Virus record (IMG/VR): IMGVR_UViG_3300025133_009608
Coordinates: 62,001-126,000 of that record
Length of the DNA: 64,000 nt
Reading direction: 5' to 3' (one strand)
Each line of letters starts with the position of its first letter. The stretch's first letter is position 1. Under the pieces are notes generated by a model. That model made no database searches and was not told the DNA's origin. It was given only the letters and a program-made list of their open reading frames with translations. Positions 19,575 to 28,495 of the stretch are shown one piece after another. A program made the position numbers and the translations under genes.

Positions 19575-20417
19575 TTACTCGCCCTCTACCCAGGAGCCCT
19601 GGCATATAGACTCATAATCACACCACTGACACAAAATCGACGGCTTCTTAACCCAATGTGTTTCAGTCTGAATATTTGATGCGGTTTTTACTATCTTGCT
19701 TCTGCATTTTTTTAGATCATTGGCATTAAACGTCCAATCTAAATATTTGCAATTATGTTTTAACATGAGATATGATCCGTGAATCACCGTAGCATCTGGA
19801 TACAATCTCTTAATTGCCTCTGCATAAACCAGCAACTGAAAGCTAGTCATATACTTTAGGCTCTTGCTGGTCTTATAGTCGACAACATGGTATTCGCCTT
19901 CAGATATTCGATCCAGCCTATCGATGTATCCTCTTACCGTAACTCCTTCTTCTATCTCGAATGAGTAGGGAACCTCCACTCCTATCACCTCGGGCATGCC
20001 GTCATCCCTGATATGATCAAGATACGACTGCATTATTTCTCGAAGATATACGATACCATCCTTATCTCCGTCTGGGGACCATGTTTTTGTGTTTAATAGA
20101 TAAAAATCAAACTTTTTAATAGAATCTTTAAAGCACTTTTTCATAAGCGCCGGATAATCCTTCTCGTCTACTGGCCCGTGGCTCATTATGTACTCATGAA
20201 ACATCTCCAGCATTAGGTGGGCGCATGATCCAAACTCAGTAAAATTATGCTTTACCCTTGGCACGTCTGGTTTTTCTATATAGCGATAATGATACTTCTT
20301 TGGGCACTTATCAAATGTGCCCATAGAAGAGACTGATAACTTTAACAAAAGTAGCTCCTTAGAATATTTTAGAAGATGGCCTTTCTTGAATCCATCGATA
20401 GACAAAACGACCAGCAC
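19575..20417 (-). CDS. PD-(D/E)XK exonuclease, Cas4/AddB-like (true start probably downstream of 20417)
   Basis: LSVSS....KCPKKY, RGYIDRLD, VVDYKTSK, QLLVYA and C-terminal CQWCDYESIC, giving four Cys for an Fe-S cluster. Confidence 0.85.
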   Translation of the reverse strand: MLVVLSIDGFKKGHLLKYSKELLLLKLSVSSMGTFDKCPKKYHYRYIEKPDVPRVKHNFTEFGSCAHLMLEMFHEYIMSHGPVDEKDYPALMKKCFKDSIKKFDFYLLNTKTWSPDGDKDGIVYLREIMQSYLDHIRDDGMPEVIGVEVPYSFEIEEGVTVRGYIDRLDRISEGEYHVVDYKTSKSLKYMTSFQLLVYAEAIKRLYPDATVIHGSYLMLKHNCKYLDWTFNANDLKKCRSKIVKTASNIQTETHWVKKPSILCQWCDYESICQGSWVEGE

Positions 20418-21276
20418 CCCGGCGGCCGCCGGATGAATGTTTTAATTTAAACTCTTTTGGATCAACCTTTTGCTTAGAGACAAGCCATCTTGACTCTTTG
20501 CTCTCCCAGTAAAAAAAAGCTATAATCCCTGTTTGCGGATTATAGATGCTCCTTACTAAGTTACCAGTAATAACTTGCTCTTGTTGCTTCCAATTTTCGT
20601 CATAAAACTTTGATACTGTATCTAGATTATTATAAGCACGGTTCACAATTTTGACCACTTGTTCTTCTGCTTTCTCTTTCGAGGTTCCATCAATTACGAT
20701 TACTCCGGCCTTTGGATTGAAGCTTATATCATTTACCGTAGTTCTTTTTCCATAAAAATCTGTTTCCATATCTGAGCTTATGGCTTTTTTTATGAAATCA
20801 ACACTAAGGCCTCCTTCATTTGGAGTTCCGCTTTTGCTTGTTTCCGATGCCGAAATATCTAAAGAAGAAAAATCTATAGAGGTCTCTTGTGCCTTTCCTC
20901 CGTCAATTAAATATGACATATTATCCACCGCATCTTCTCCGAACGGAAGAATGCTTATGCCCTCATCTCCAAGGTGCCTTGGGCCAGACAGATCGGTGCT
21001 ATCTGTAATATACTCCTCCTCTAACACCGAAGAAGATATACCTCCAGATATGGCAATTGCAGCCAGCGCAACAGACGCCCCTGACGTTGGCAAGTATATT
21101 CGCTCGGCGGCCATCAAAGATGATGAGTCCGGCGTGGTGCCATCTAGCGTATAAAATACTGTTGCAGGAACATTTGTATCAAACTCTACGTACTCTGGAA
21201 TTCCAGATACAAGCTCTCTCTCACTCTCTGTTAGCGTTAAGACTATTCCGGACATTGTTACCTCTAAGATAATCAA
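20359..21276 (-). CDS. Hypothetical protein with N-terminal Fn3/chitobiase-C-like domain
   Basis: ATVFYTLDGTTPDSSS motif; AGAGG RBS before the internal MSGIVL, so the start is likely about 24 nt downstream of 21276. Confidence 0.55.
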   Translation of the reverse strand: MIILEVTMSGIVLTLTESERELVSGIPEYVEFDTNVPATVFYTLDGTTPDSSSLMAAERIYLPTSGASVALAAIAISGGISSSVLEEEYITDSTDLSGPRHLGDEGISILPFGEDAVDNMSYLIDGGKAQETSIDFSSLDISASETSKSGTPNEGGLSVDFIKKAISSDMETDFYGKRTTVNDISFNPKAGVIVIDGTSKEKAEEQVVKIVNRAYNNLDTVSKFYDENWKQQEQVITGNLVRSIYNPQTGIIAFFYWESKESRWLVSKQKVDPKEFKLKHSSGGRRGAGRFVYRWIQERPSSKIF

Positions 21277-21288
21277 TAAAATTAGTAA

Positions 21289-24200
21289 CTATCTGGCCAA
21301 AAAGTCGATCGAACTTTTCCCATTCACCTTCGTTACATCAATAACGTGATCAAACTTTTCCTTAAGCGTCTCGTCGTGGGTTATCACCATGATTTTATAT
21401 TGAGCCTCTAGCGCACGAATAACGCTCACAAATAGCGTCTCAACGCCGAAGCGGTCCAAGGGGGAGTTCACCTCGTCCAGCAGCAAAAACTCCAGCGAGG
21501 AGCCCCCGTAGCGGCTGGAAAGATCGCTCAAGGCCACCCGAAGCGACAAGGATATTCGAAACTTTTCTCCACCACTAAGCGACTTGAACCCGTGTAGTAC
21601 TCCATCTTTTTTAACCTTAAGATCCAAAGTCTCCACCGTAGAGACCCCATCTGATCCGGTTCTTTGCGTCTCTAGGGTTATTGTTGATGGCTCATTACAG
21701 ATAGATGATAAAATCTTATTTGACGAAGACTCTAGGTCTTCAATGATTCCGTCCAAAAGAATGGTTTGAATTCCGTTCTTGCCCATCATTTTTGACATAC
21801 TTTTAAATAAAGATATATCTTTAAGCTTAGATGACAAAGATGTCTTCTTTCCTCTCATATCTTTTACCGACTGCTCGAGCTGAGAGACCCTTTCTGTTAG
21901 CCTTCCGACATCTTCGGAGTTACCAGAAATGATAGAGTCAAGGTCTTCGCGTCGATCTTTTAGGTCCTTAACCTTATCTCTAAGAACCTGGAAGTCGGAG
22001 TTTTGAAGGGATTTTAATATATCTTTATTTACAGACAACTTCGAACTAACGTTTCCAAGTACACGCTTCAGCTCTATCAGCTTCTTCTTCTCTCTCTCGA
22101 GCCCTTCGCTCAAAATTGAGTGGCGGAACTCAAAAGATGACAGCTCCTTTTCCAGGGTGTCTATTCTTAAGTTTTCCTTCTTATACCCCTCATAATCTGA
22201 GATGCTCTTTTTTACAATCCTAATCTTTGATGCAGCTCGAGTCATTGACTCGGAATAGCGGTCTGACTTTTCCTTATGATCATCTCTCAGGGACTCGTAC
22301 AGGGACGACTCAATAGCCTGATGGCACACATAGCACTCGCCCGGAGTTATGTGAATCTCACTAAGAGACCCTAGCGCATCCTTTGCAGAGGATCCTGACG
22401 AAGATAAGGATATTAGCTCCTCTCTAAGTTCTGAGAGTTTATCATCACAACTTTCTACTTTTGATAACTGAGATAATGATGCTCTCTTTTCTTCAATTTT
22501 CTTCTGCTCGGCATCTACTTCATCTGTCTTGTCTTCAACCTGCTGGCTAAGCTCATTTGCATCACCAGAAAGATCTGCCTCCCTCTCTTCGAGAGCTGCG
22601 ATTGACTCTAAGATCTTATCGTATTTATCTGTATCAAGAGCTTTTTTCATATTGGAATATTGAGAGACAAGGCCCTCAAGATGCTTGTTGGTTGCTGACA
22701 ACTCCTTCTTTGCATTTGCGACTATTGTCGTCACCTCCTTTAACTCAGCACTCGCATCTCCCAGGTCTTCGACCGTCTCTGCATAGGTGCTAACTGCCGC
22801 CTCTAATATGTCAGTTTCTGATTTTAATAATCGAGCTTTTTTCTTGGCCTCTTTCTCGTAAGAATCCCATCTAGAGATGTCAACTATAGACTTTAGAATA
22901 TCCTTCTTTCTAGACGGATCCGCCTCTGCAAACTCTGATATATCATTTTGACGAAAATATATAGAGCTTGTAAATGTTTTGTGATCAAGCCCAATAAGCT
23001 CCTCTATGCTGCTATTTGTAGCACCAGAAGTAGATCCAGAGAGATCCTTCCAGGCTCCAGTATCATCTTTTTGAGCCAACTCCACGGTTGAAGTAGAGCT
23101 CCCCCTGTTTCTCTCTCTTATAACTCGATACACTCGATTATTATGTTGAAATTCAAACTCCACGCAGCACGAAGTTTCTCCCCACAGGACTATGTCGTCC
23201 ATCATGGCCGACCTTGCCTTATTAAAAAGCACCCAAAGCATGCTTTCGAAAATTGACGAATTATGCGTAATAAATCCATTCAGGGCGTATAGATGAGTAT
23301 CATTTCCAACCTGTATGTCATAAGTCTGAGCCTTGCCGATACTATCGATTCTCTTTATTTTATCCCAGTATATATCAGACTCGCTAAGGCTCCGGAGCCT
23401 ATTGCTTCCCAGGGCGTCGGCATATTTACCCAGTCTTTCCCTGGACATGTTAGATTGGGACAGCTGCCTCTTAGTAAGCCTCAGTTCTGACCGATGCCCT
23501 CGCAGCCCCCCAGACTCAATTCCTTCTATTATCTCCCCGCAGAAGAGGGAAGATGGAATGACATCACGATTAGGATTCGCCTTCCTCTTTCGAGAGGAGG
23601 CGATCAGGGTATCTATCCTCGATCTTTTCGGCCCATAAACATGACCATCGACAAGGTTGTAAAACTTTAAAATATTATTATAATTCGAATGAATCGACAA
23701 GACCCATGAATCGTACTTGTCGGCAACTCGCTTGTACCTTATTGATGCCTTTATTCCAAATCTCAAAAAGAGCTCTTGAAGGTCGTATACAAACCCCTTG
23801 GAGCCGAGACCGATAGAAACCTCCGGAGATGAACTGTCAGAAGAAGAGACGTACCCGTCGCCGGAAAAGAACATTCCAACGAAAGCGCCTACATTCTCTT
23901 CTGATTCCGAAAAGATTGCTCTTGGGACTCTTTTGTTTATAGCGAGGCTCCCCCAAAGAGCATGCTTTGACAAAAACTCACGAGCCGTCCTCGGAGAATT
24001 TGCAACTTTGGCTAGCGATGTAAGATTAGAATCATCATAAGAAATAAGCTTATCGTAGCACAAGGTGCTGGATAGAGATTCAATTCTTTTATGATTTGAT
24101 GGCGATTCCTTCTTTAAAGATAGGCCGATCTGTATCATTCTATCTAAAATTTGCCTTCTTATGTCCTTAATGTTCTTCGTTATTACCAAGGAGTATGTTA

Positions 24201-24816
24201 TTCCCCGCCGGGATAGGTCTGCGCCAAAAATACTCTGTACGTCATTGTGAGCAATGCTTATAATCTCGTCATCCGTGTTCGTAAAGTTGCACGATGTACC
24301 AGTAAGCCCGCCCTCCGCCGCATATAGGCCGAGAAGCCGAGCCTCTTCGATCCTCATTGAAGAACGGGGATTGACTACGGGCAGTGCGCGTGGGGAGGCA
24401 ACAAAGTCCCCGACGATCAAATCTTCGGCAGGTATACATTCCGTATCGGATATCATTACGGGATGGGTACGGGAAACTCTCTCGATACCACCAGAGGTCA
24501 TCTCTACTTCTAAGATGTCCTTTTCTCCGGACAGGTGCGTTGCTTCAACTTCCACTGGGCGCATAAGGAGGTCTTCGTCCAACCCCCATATCCAGAACTC
24601 CTTAAAGTTCTCATGGAGATCTTTGACGGTTATCTTTTCTCCAGAAAACGCCTCGGTCAGAATCGTATCCCCAGAAAGGCACTTCCCGGACCCGTTGGAC
24701 TTTCCATAATCTCCCTCTGTATTTCCAATCAGGAGTACCGACTGGAACTGGGAAAAATCAATCTCACTATCTGCGTGAGAGAAAAAGTTTTTTAACTTCA
24801 AACTAAGTGGAATCAT
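21289..24816 (-). CDS. sbcC: SbcC/Rad50 SMC-like ATPase interrupted by an intein
   Basis: LKNFFSH, Walker A NGSGK|SS split by the intein, coiled coils with Zn hook CYVC, signature LSGGEK, Walker B LLLDE and H-loop ITHD. Confidence 0.9.
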   Translation of the reverse strand: MIPLSLKLKNFFSHADSEIDFSQFQSVLLIGNTEGDYGKSNGSGKCLSGDTILTEAFSGEKITVKDLHENFKEFWIWGLDEDLLMRPVEVEATHLSGEKDILEVEMTSGGIERVSRTHPVMISDTECIPAEDLIVGDFVASPRALPVVNPRSSMRIEEARLLGLYAAEGGLTGTSCNFTNTDDEIISIAHNDVQSIFGADLSRRGITYSLVITKNIKDIRRQILDRMIQIGLSLKKESPSNHKRIESLSSTLCYDKLISYDDSNLTSLAKVANSPRTAREFLSKHALWGSLAINKRVPRAIFSESEENVGAFVGMFFSGDGYVSSSDSSSPEVSIGLGSKGFVYDLQELFLRFGIKASIRYKRVADKYDSWVLSIHSNYNNILKFYNLVDGHVYGPKRSRIDTLIASSRKRKANPNRDVIPSSLFCGEIIEGIESGGLRGHRSELRLTKRQLSQSNMSRERLGKYADALGSNRLRSLSESDIYWDKIKRIDSIGKAQTYDIQVGNDTHLYALNGFITHNSSIFESMLWVLFNKARSAMMDDIVLWGETSCCVEFEFQHNNRVYRVIRERNRGSSTSTVELAQKDDTGAWKDLSGSTSGATNSSIEELIGLDHKTFTSSIYFRQNDISEFAEADPSRKKDILKSIVDISRWDSYEKEAKKKARLLKSETDILEAAVSTYAETVEDLGDASAELKEVTTIVANAKKELSATNKHLEGLVSQYSNMKKALDTDKYDKILESIAALEEREADLSGDANELSQQVEDKTDEVDAEQKKIEEKRASLSQLSKVESCDDKLSELREELISLSSSGSSAKDALGSLSEIHITPGECYVCHQAIESSLYESLRDDHKEKSDRYSESMTRAASKIRIVKKSISDYEGYKKENLRIDTLEKELSSFEFRHSILSEGLEREKKKLIELKRVLGNVSSKLSVNKDILKSLQNSDFQVLRDKVKDLKDRREDLDSIISGNSEDVGRLTERVSQLEQSVKDMRGKKTSLSSKLKDISLFKSMSKMMGKNGIQTILLDGIIEDLESSSNKILSSICNEPSTITLETQRTGSDGVSTVETLDLKVKKDGVLHGFKSLSGGEKFRISLSLRVALSDLSSRYGGSSLEFLLLDEVNSPLDRFGVETLFVSVIRALEAQYKIMVITHDETLKEKFDHVIDVTKVNGKSSIDFLAR
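23260..24681 (-). mobile_element. Intein (474 aa) with LAGLIDADG homing endonuclease in the SbcC P-loop
   Basis: Begins CLSGDT and ends YDIQVGNDTHLYALNGFITHN before Ser+1. LAGLIDADG-like blocks LLGLYAAEG and FVGMFFSGDG. Excision restores GSGKSSIFESMLW. Confidence 0.92.
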
Positions 24817-24819
24817 TAA

Positions 24820-25983
24820 TTATCCTATAATCTTTTTCGCTTCAGATAAAAGCTTCTCTTTCATTTTCGATTCAATGCCCTGGCTAGCGATAAACGCCGA
24901 AAACATTTCATAATCATCTTCATGATCTAAGATATCATTATCTCTTATAATTCTTACTATTACCGGCTCTACCGTTACCCTGGAGACGAAAAACGCACCA
25001 GCATCTCTTGCTAGCTTTTGAACGTAAAGCTTATCCGCAGCTGGAAGCACAGACTCTTTTACTGAAACCTTCAGCCTTACAATCTTGTCTTTCATGTCGA
25101 TTTTTGAGACCTCCTCCTCTATCCTGTCCTTGCAGTTGGCAAAGGTTGCATCAGAAATATCAATAACCGAATCGATCAGGTCTCTCGTGGGAACTTTATG
25201 AAAATTTACCTTTTTATTTACCACGTCATAATCGATAAAGTACTTATCGACGTTGGCGTCTCCAAAGTTCGTACGCTCCATAGAGCCTACGTAAATTGAT
25301 GGTGGATTCTTTTTCTTAAGAATTCTAAATGTATGCAAGTGTCCCATCACCGATAGGTCGCATGTCTCAAAGCAATTTGCGTTAACCAGGATCTCCGATC
25401 CGCCATAGTCGTTATAGCTTCCTTCGTAATAAAAGTTATGCCCGACGGCCATTATCGGAGACTTGTTATCCACAGATCTGCACAATTCTCTTACGTGAGC
25501 CTCGTATCCGGCAGACCGCTCTGCGCAGGACTCTCCCGCATACATTCTTTTGTCTCGGTATGGCATTAACAAGATGTTTACTCCCTCATTTTTTGAATTA
25601 AAAAAGGTTACAACCTCTGGCTCTACAATCAGCCTGACATTGGGGTAGTCTTTCGCTGGGAGCGATGTAATTGAACTCGTAAATGAATCCCCGCTCCTTC
25701 TGTAGTCATGGTTTCCCATAATTACAACAGTAGCAATATTCGCTTTAGACAACCTCTTGAGAGCTCGATTTGCTATATCAATATGCTCTGGAGTTGGGTT
25801 TCTGTGCTCAAACAAGTCTCCGGTTTGAATAAAAACATCTACACTTGTATCTATACAGTGATCTATAATATGATTTAGACTCTTCTCGTAATCATCTATC
25901 CTCGTGTTACCGCCGGCGTCCTTTGTTCTTCCAAGGCCAAAGACCGCCCCTATGTGTGAGTCTCCGCAAATAACTACTCTCAT
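24820..25983 (-). CDS. sbcD: SbcD/Mre11 nuclease
   Basis: GDSHIG, TGDLFE, MGNHD, VGH and MGHLH..R, YVGSMERTNFGD; directly upstream of sbcC. Confidence 0.9.
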   Translation of the reverse strand: MRVVICGDSHIGAVFGLGRTKDAGGNTRIDDYEKSLNHIIDHCIDTSVDVFIQTGDLFEHRNPTPEHIDIANRALKRLSKANIATVVIMGNHDYRRSGDSFTSSITSLPAKDYPNVRLIVEPEVVTFFNSKNEGVNILLMPYRDKRMYAGESCAERSAGYEAHVRELCRSVDNKSPIMAVGHNFYYEGSYNDYGGSEILVNANCFETCDLSVMGHLHTFRILKKKNPPSIYVGSMERTNFGDANVDKYFIDYDVVNKKVNFHKVPTRDLIDSVIDISDATFANCKDRIEEEVSKIDMKDKIVRLKVSVKESVLPAADKLYVQKLARDAGAFFVSRVTVEPVIVRIIRDNDILDHEDDYEMFSAFIASQGIESKMKEKLLSEAKKIIG

Positions 25984-26567
25984 TTATTATACCTCTTTTT
26001 GCACACTCTCTTTACTTCAGAGAGGAGTGCTTTACATTTTTTGGCCTCATTCTGGCCAATGCTTTCAATGTGGTGGTCAGTCCTCTTCATTAGTGTCATT
26101 ATCCACTCTTCGTCATTCGGATACCTCTCCTGGAGACTTCGAAAGAAAACAGATATATCCATCAGCGATGAAAAAGTAGACGGCTTAGTCACTATCACCC
26201 CGGACTTGTCGGTCTTTGAGTGATCAATTAATGGCTCTAGTGCGCGGAGGGCTGCCATAAAGTCACACCCTGTTGCTAATATATAAAAGTCTATTTGATT
26301 GTGGCTACTCGAACAGCCGTAGCAATAAAAATTATTATTAACCGAGTCTATATATAGAGAGCTCGTCCTCTCTCGACCGCCCTTGTGATCTGGAGATGGG
26401 CAGCAACATCTGTGGGTAAAGTTTCCAGAAGATACTCTTTCTGGCCTTATCTTTAACAGATCCAGAATATCTAAAAATCCAACCCCCCTAATTATATCGT
26501 CCTTTCTAACTCCCACTTCTAAAGAGCCCTCCCCAGAATGAAGTCTTTTTCCTTGTATGGGCTTCAA
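25980..26567 (-). CDS. Stand-alone CHC2 zinc-finger protein (primase ZBD-like); likely GTG start near 26516
   Basis: CPSPDH...RTSSLYI.....FYCYGC....NQIDF.....GCDFMAALRAL matches the DnaG zinc-binding domain; no Toprim domain follows. Confidence 0.8.
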   Translation of the reverse strand: MKPIQGKRLHSGEGSLEVGVRKDDIIRGVGFLDILDLLKIRPERVSSGNFTHRCCCPSPDHKGGRERTSSLYIDSVNNNFYCYGCSSSHNQIDFYILATGCDFMAALRALEPLIDHSKTDKSGVIVTKPSTFSSLMDISVFFRSLQERYPNDEEWIMTLMKRTDHHIESIGQNEAKKCKALLSEVKRVCKKRYNK

Positions 26568-27621
26568 GGTTCAGGGATAATTTTTCAATTTCATCTTTTA
26601 CATTTTCTATAAATGGCGCACGAAACATTATCGGACTAGATACTCTTCCATCTAAAAAGAGCCCCATTCCAACGTCCGTCAGATTCTCGGCCCCCTTTGC
26701 ATCTAAAATTACACGACTGTCAACAGCCGAGGCGACCTTTAGCGCAATTCTTCCTGGAAAATTAGCCTTAATCAGCCCAGAGATGACCTTCGACGAAGGC
26801 CTCTGGGTCGCTAGAACTATAGAGATTCCGGCAGCTCGACCTTTTTGCGCAATAGCGCATAAAGGCTTTTGAATATCATTAGATTGCAACACCATATCCG
26901 CCCACTCGTCCACCACCAGGACTATCGGCGCGAGTGCCTTTTTTGCAATAACGCTATCATTATATTCACGAAGATTCCTTGCCGACTTGGACTTGAATCT
27001 TATGAATCTGGAATTCATAATATCATAAATTTCATCTATTATTTCAAGCATTCCCTCTACCGAGTTCTCTATCCTTGAGACTTGGGAAAAGTTTTCATAA
27101 GAATTAAACTCAACCATTTTTGGGTCGACCAAATATATTTCCGACTTAGACTTCAGCAATGATAAAATTATAGAGTGCAGCAGAACACTCTTCCCAGAAC
27201 CAGGAACCCCTCCGATAAGAAGATTTGGTAGAGTATTTAAATCTACGAACAAGGGCTCTCCGTGAGAGTCTGTGCCGATGGCTGCTGGCGAAGCCATTTT
27301 TCCATCGAATAGACTTACTACGTCGATTAGATTTGGTGATCTAATTTCTTCTCTTTGAATGCTTATTCGATAAACGCCCTCCCTCATAACAGGATGGCCT
27401 ATGGGCGTTGAGCACGACTGCATTGCCATACCGATATCCGGCAGGACTCTTCCTACCTTCGAGGCTCTCGTCCCATTGGACAGCTTCACGTCATAGACGT
27501 CAAAGAACGCCCTACTATCAACGGATATAAAATCACACCCAATATTAAACGACTTAAGAAGAGAGTACAGCTTATCTACCCCCTCCCTTTGGAAGATTAC
27601 TTCTTTTTTTGCGGAAATCAT
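26506..27621 (-). CDS. FtsK/SpoIIIE-family DNA translocase motor domain
   Basis: PNLLIGGVPGSGKS, LVDPKMVEF, LVVDEWADM, KGRAAGISIVLATQRPS, GAENL...GMGL; no N-terminal transmembrane domain. Confidence 0.9.
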   Translation of the reverse strand: MISAKKEVIFQREGVDKLYSLLKSFNIGCDFISVDSRAFFDVYDVKLSNGTRASKVGRVLPDIGMAMQSCSTPIGHPVMREGVYRISIQREEIRSPNLIDVVSLFDGKMASPAAIGTDSHGEPLFVDLNTLPNLLIGGVPGSGKSVLLHSIILSLLKSKSEIYLVDPKMVEFNSYENFSQVSRIENSVEGMLEIIDEIYDIMNSRFIRFKSKSARNLREYNDSVIAKKALAPIVLVVDEWADMVLQSNDIQKPLCAIAQKGRAAGISIVLATQRPSSKVISGLIKANFPGRIALKVASAVDSRVILDAKGAENLTDVGMGLFLDGRVSSPIMFRAPFIENVKDEIEKLSLNLEAHTRKKTSFWGGLFRSGS

Positions 27622-27808
27622 TATTATTCCTTATGTTTTCAACGGCATCGACTAAGGCGGCCTTGTACGCCACAACAGCAGTATAAGCACGATCATCGGA
27701 TATGTCTACTGAAAGTTTCCTTCCCAGGTCTTCCTGAGATCTGACCAGGGAGGCTGCCTCGTCGACCATCTCCAAGAGCATCGCCAAAATATTGTCTCTA
27801 TCTGTCAA
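27572..27808 (-). CDS. Hypothetical protein
   Basis: Short helical ORF coupled to the upstream gene. Confidence 0.45.
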   Translation of the reverse strand: MTDRDNILAMLLEMVDEAASLVRSQEDLGRKLSVDISDDRAYTAVVAYKAALVDAVENIRNNNDFRKKRSNLPKGGGR

Positions 27809-28158
27809 TTTCTTTTCTGCTTTTTTAGTCTTCCAATTTCGCGCTTCAAATCTCTCAGCTCGACCTCTAATCTTAAATTATCGTCTCGAAGCTTCAAGGA
27901 AGAGCGAAGGCACAAAATTACTAACCCAAAAATTCCTTCGCCGGGGTTCGCCGAATCCATTTCATCTGCAGCAGAAAGCAAGCGATTTAATGTTGCAACA
28001 ACATTATTTTTATATCCCGGAGTTTGATTGTCCGGGTGAGTCTTGTCATTCATTAGCTCCTTGAAGTCATTGAATGCATTTTCAACCTTTCCCTGTGCTC
28101 GCTTCTTCGAGTCGACATAGCGATTATTGGTTGGTATTTTTAAATCTGACATCTTCAA
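27805..28158 (-). CDS. Hypothetical coiled-coil protein
   Basis: GGAGG RBS; C-terminal heptad LRDDNLRLEVELRDLKREIGRLKK. Confidence 0.6.
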   Translation of the reverse strand: MKMSDLKIPTNNRYVDSKKRAQGKVENAFNDFKELMNDKTHPDNQTPGYKNNVVATLNRLLSAADEMDSANPGEGIFGLVILCLRSSLKLRDDNLRLEVELRDLKREIGRLKKQKRN

Positions 28159-28480
28159 AATCCTCCTTTAAAAGTAACATAAGATAAATGCCACAAATTT
28201 TGTGCATTCTTATAAACGCCTGAATCTTGTGGAGAGATTCGTCTGACAATATTCCAAAATCTCTGTATAGCATATTAATTATATTTACTATCTTGTTCCT
28301 ATCTAAGCACACCCCGTCGAATAGGCCACACGAATTATCCAAAAAATCCATTAGAGCAACATTAGAATGAGCTCCATTTTTTTTAAGGTCAACAACCGGA
28401 TTGAGAACAGAATTGCAATAAGTAAAGTTATCATCTCCAACGTGACCATTGCAGCCTAGCATTATATAGGCATCCAGCAT
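28124..28480 (-). CDS. Hypothetical protein
   Basis: Co-oriented 118-aa ORF filling the gap. Confidence 0.5.
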   Translation of the reverse strand: MLDAYIMLGCNGHVGDDNFTYCNSVLNPVVDLKKNGAHSNVALMDFLDNSCGLFDGVCLDRNKIVNIINMLYRDFGILSDESLHKIQAFIRMHKICGIYLMLLLKEDFEDVRFKNTNQ

Positions 28481-28495
28481 ATAAACTACCTATTT

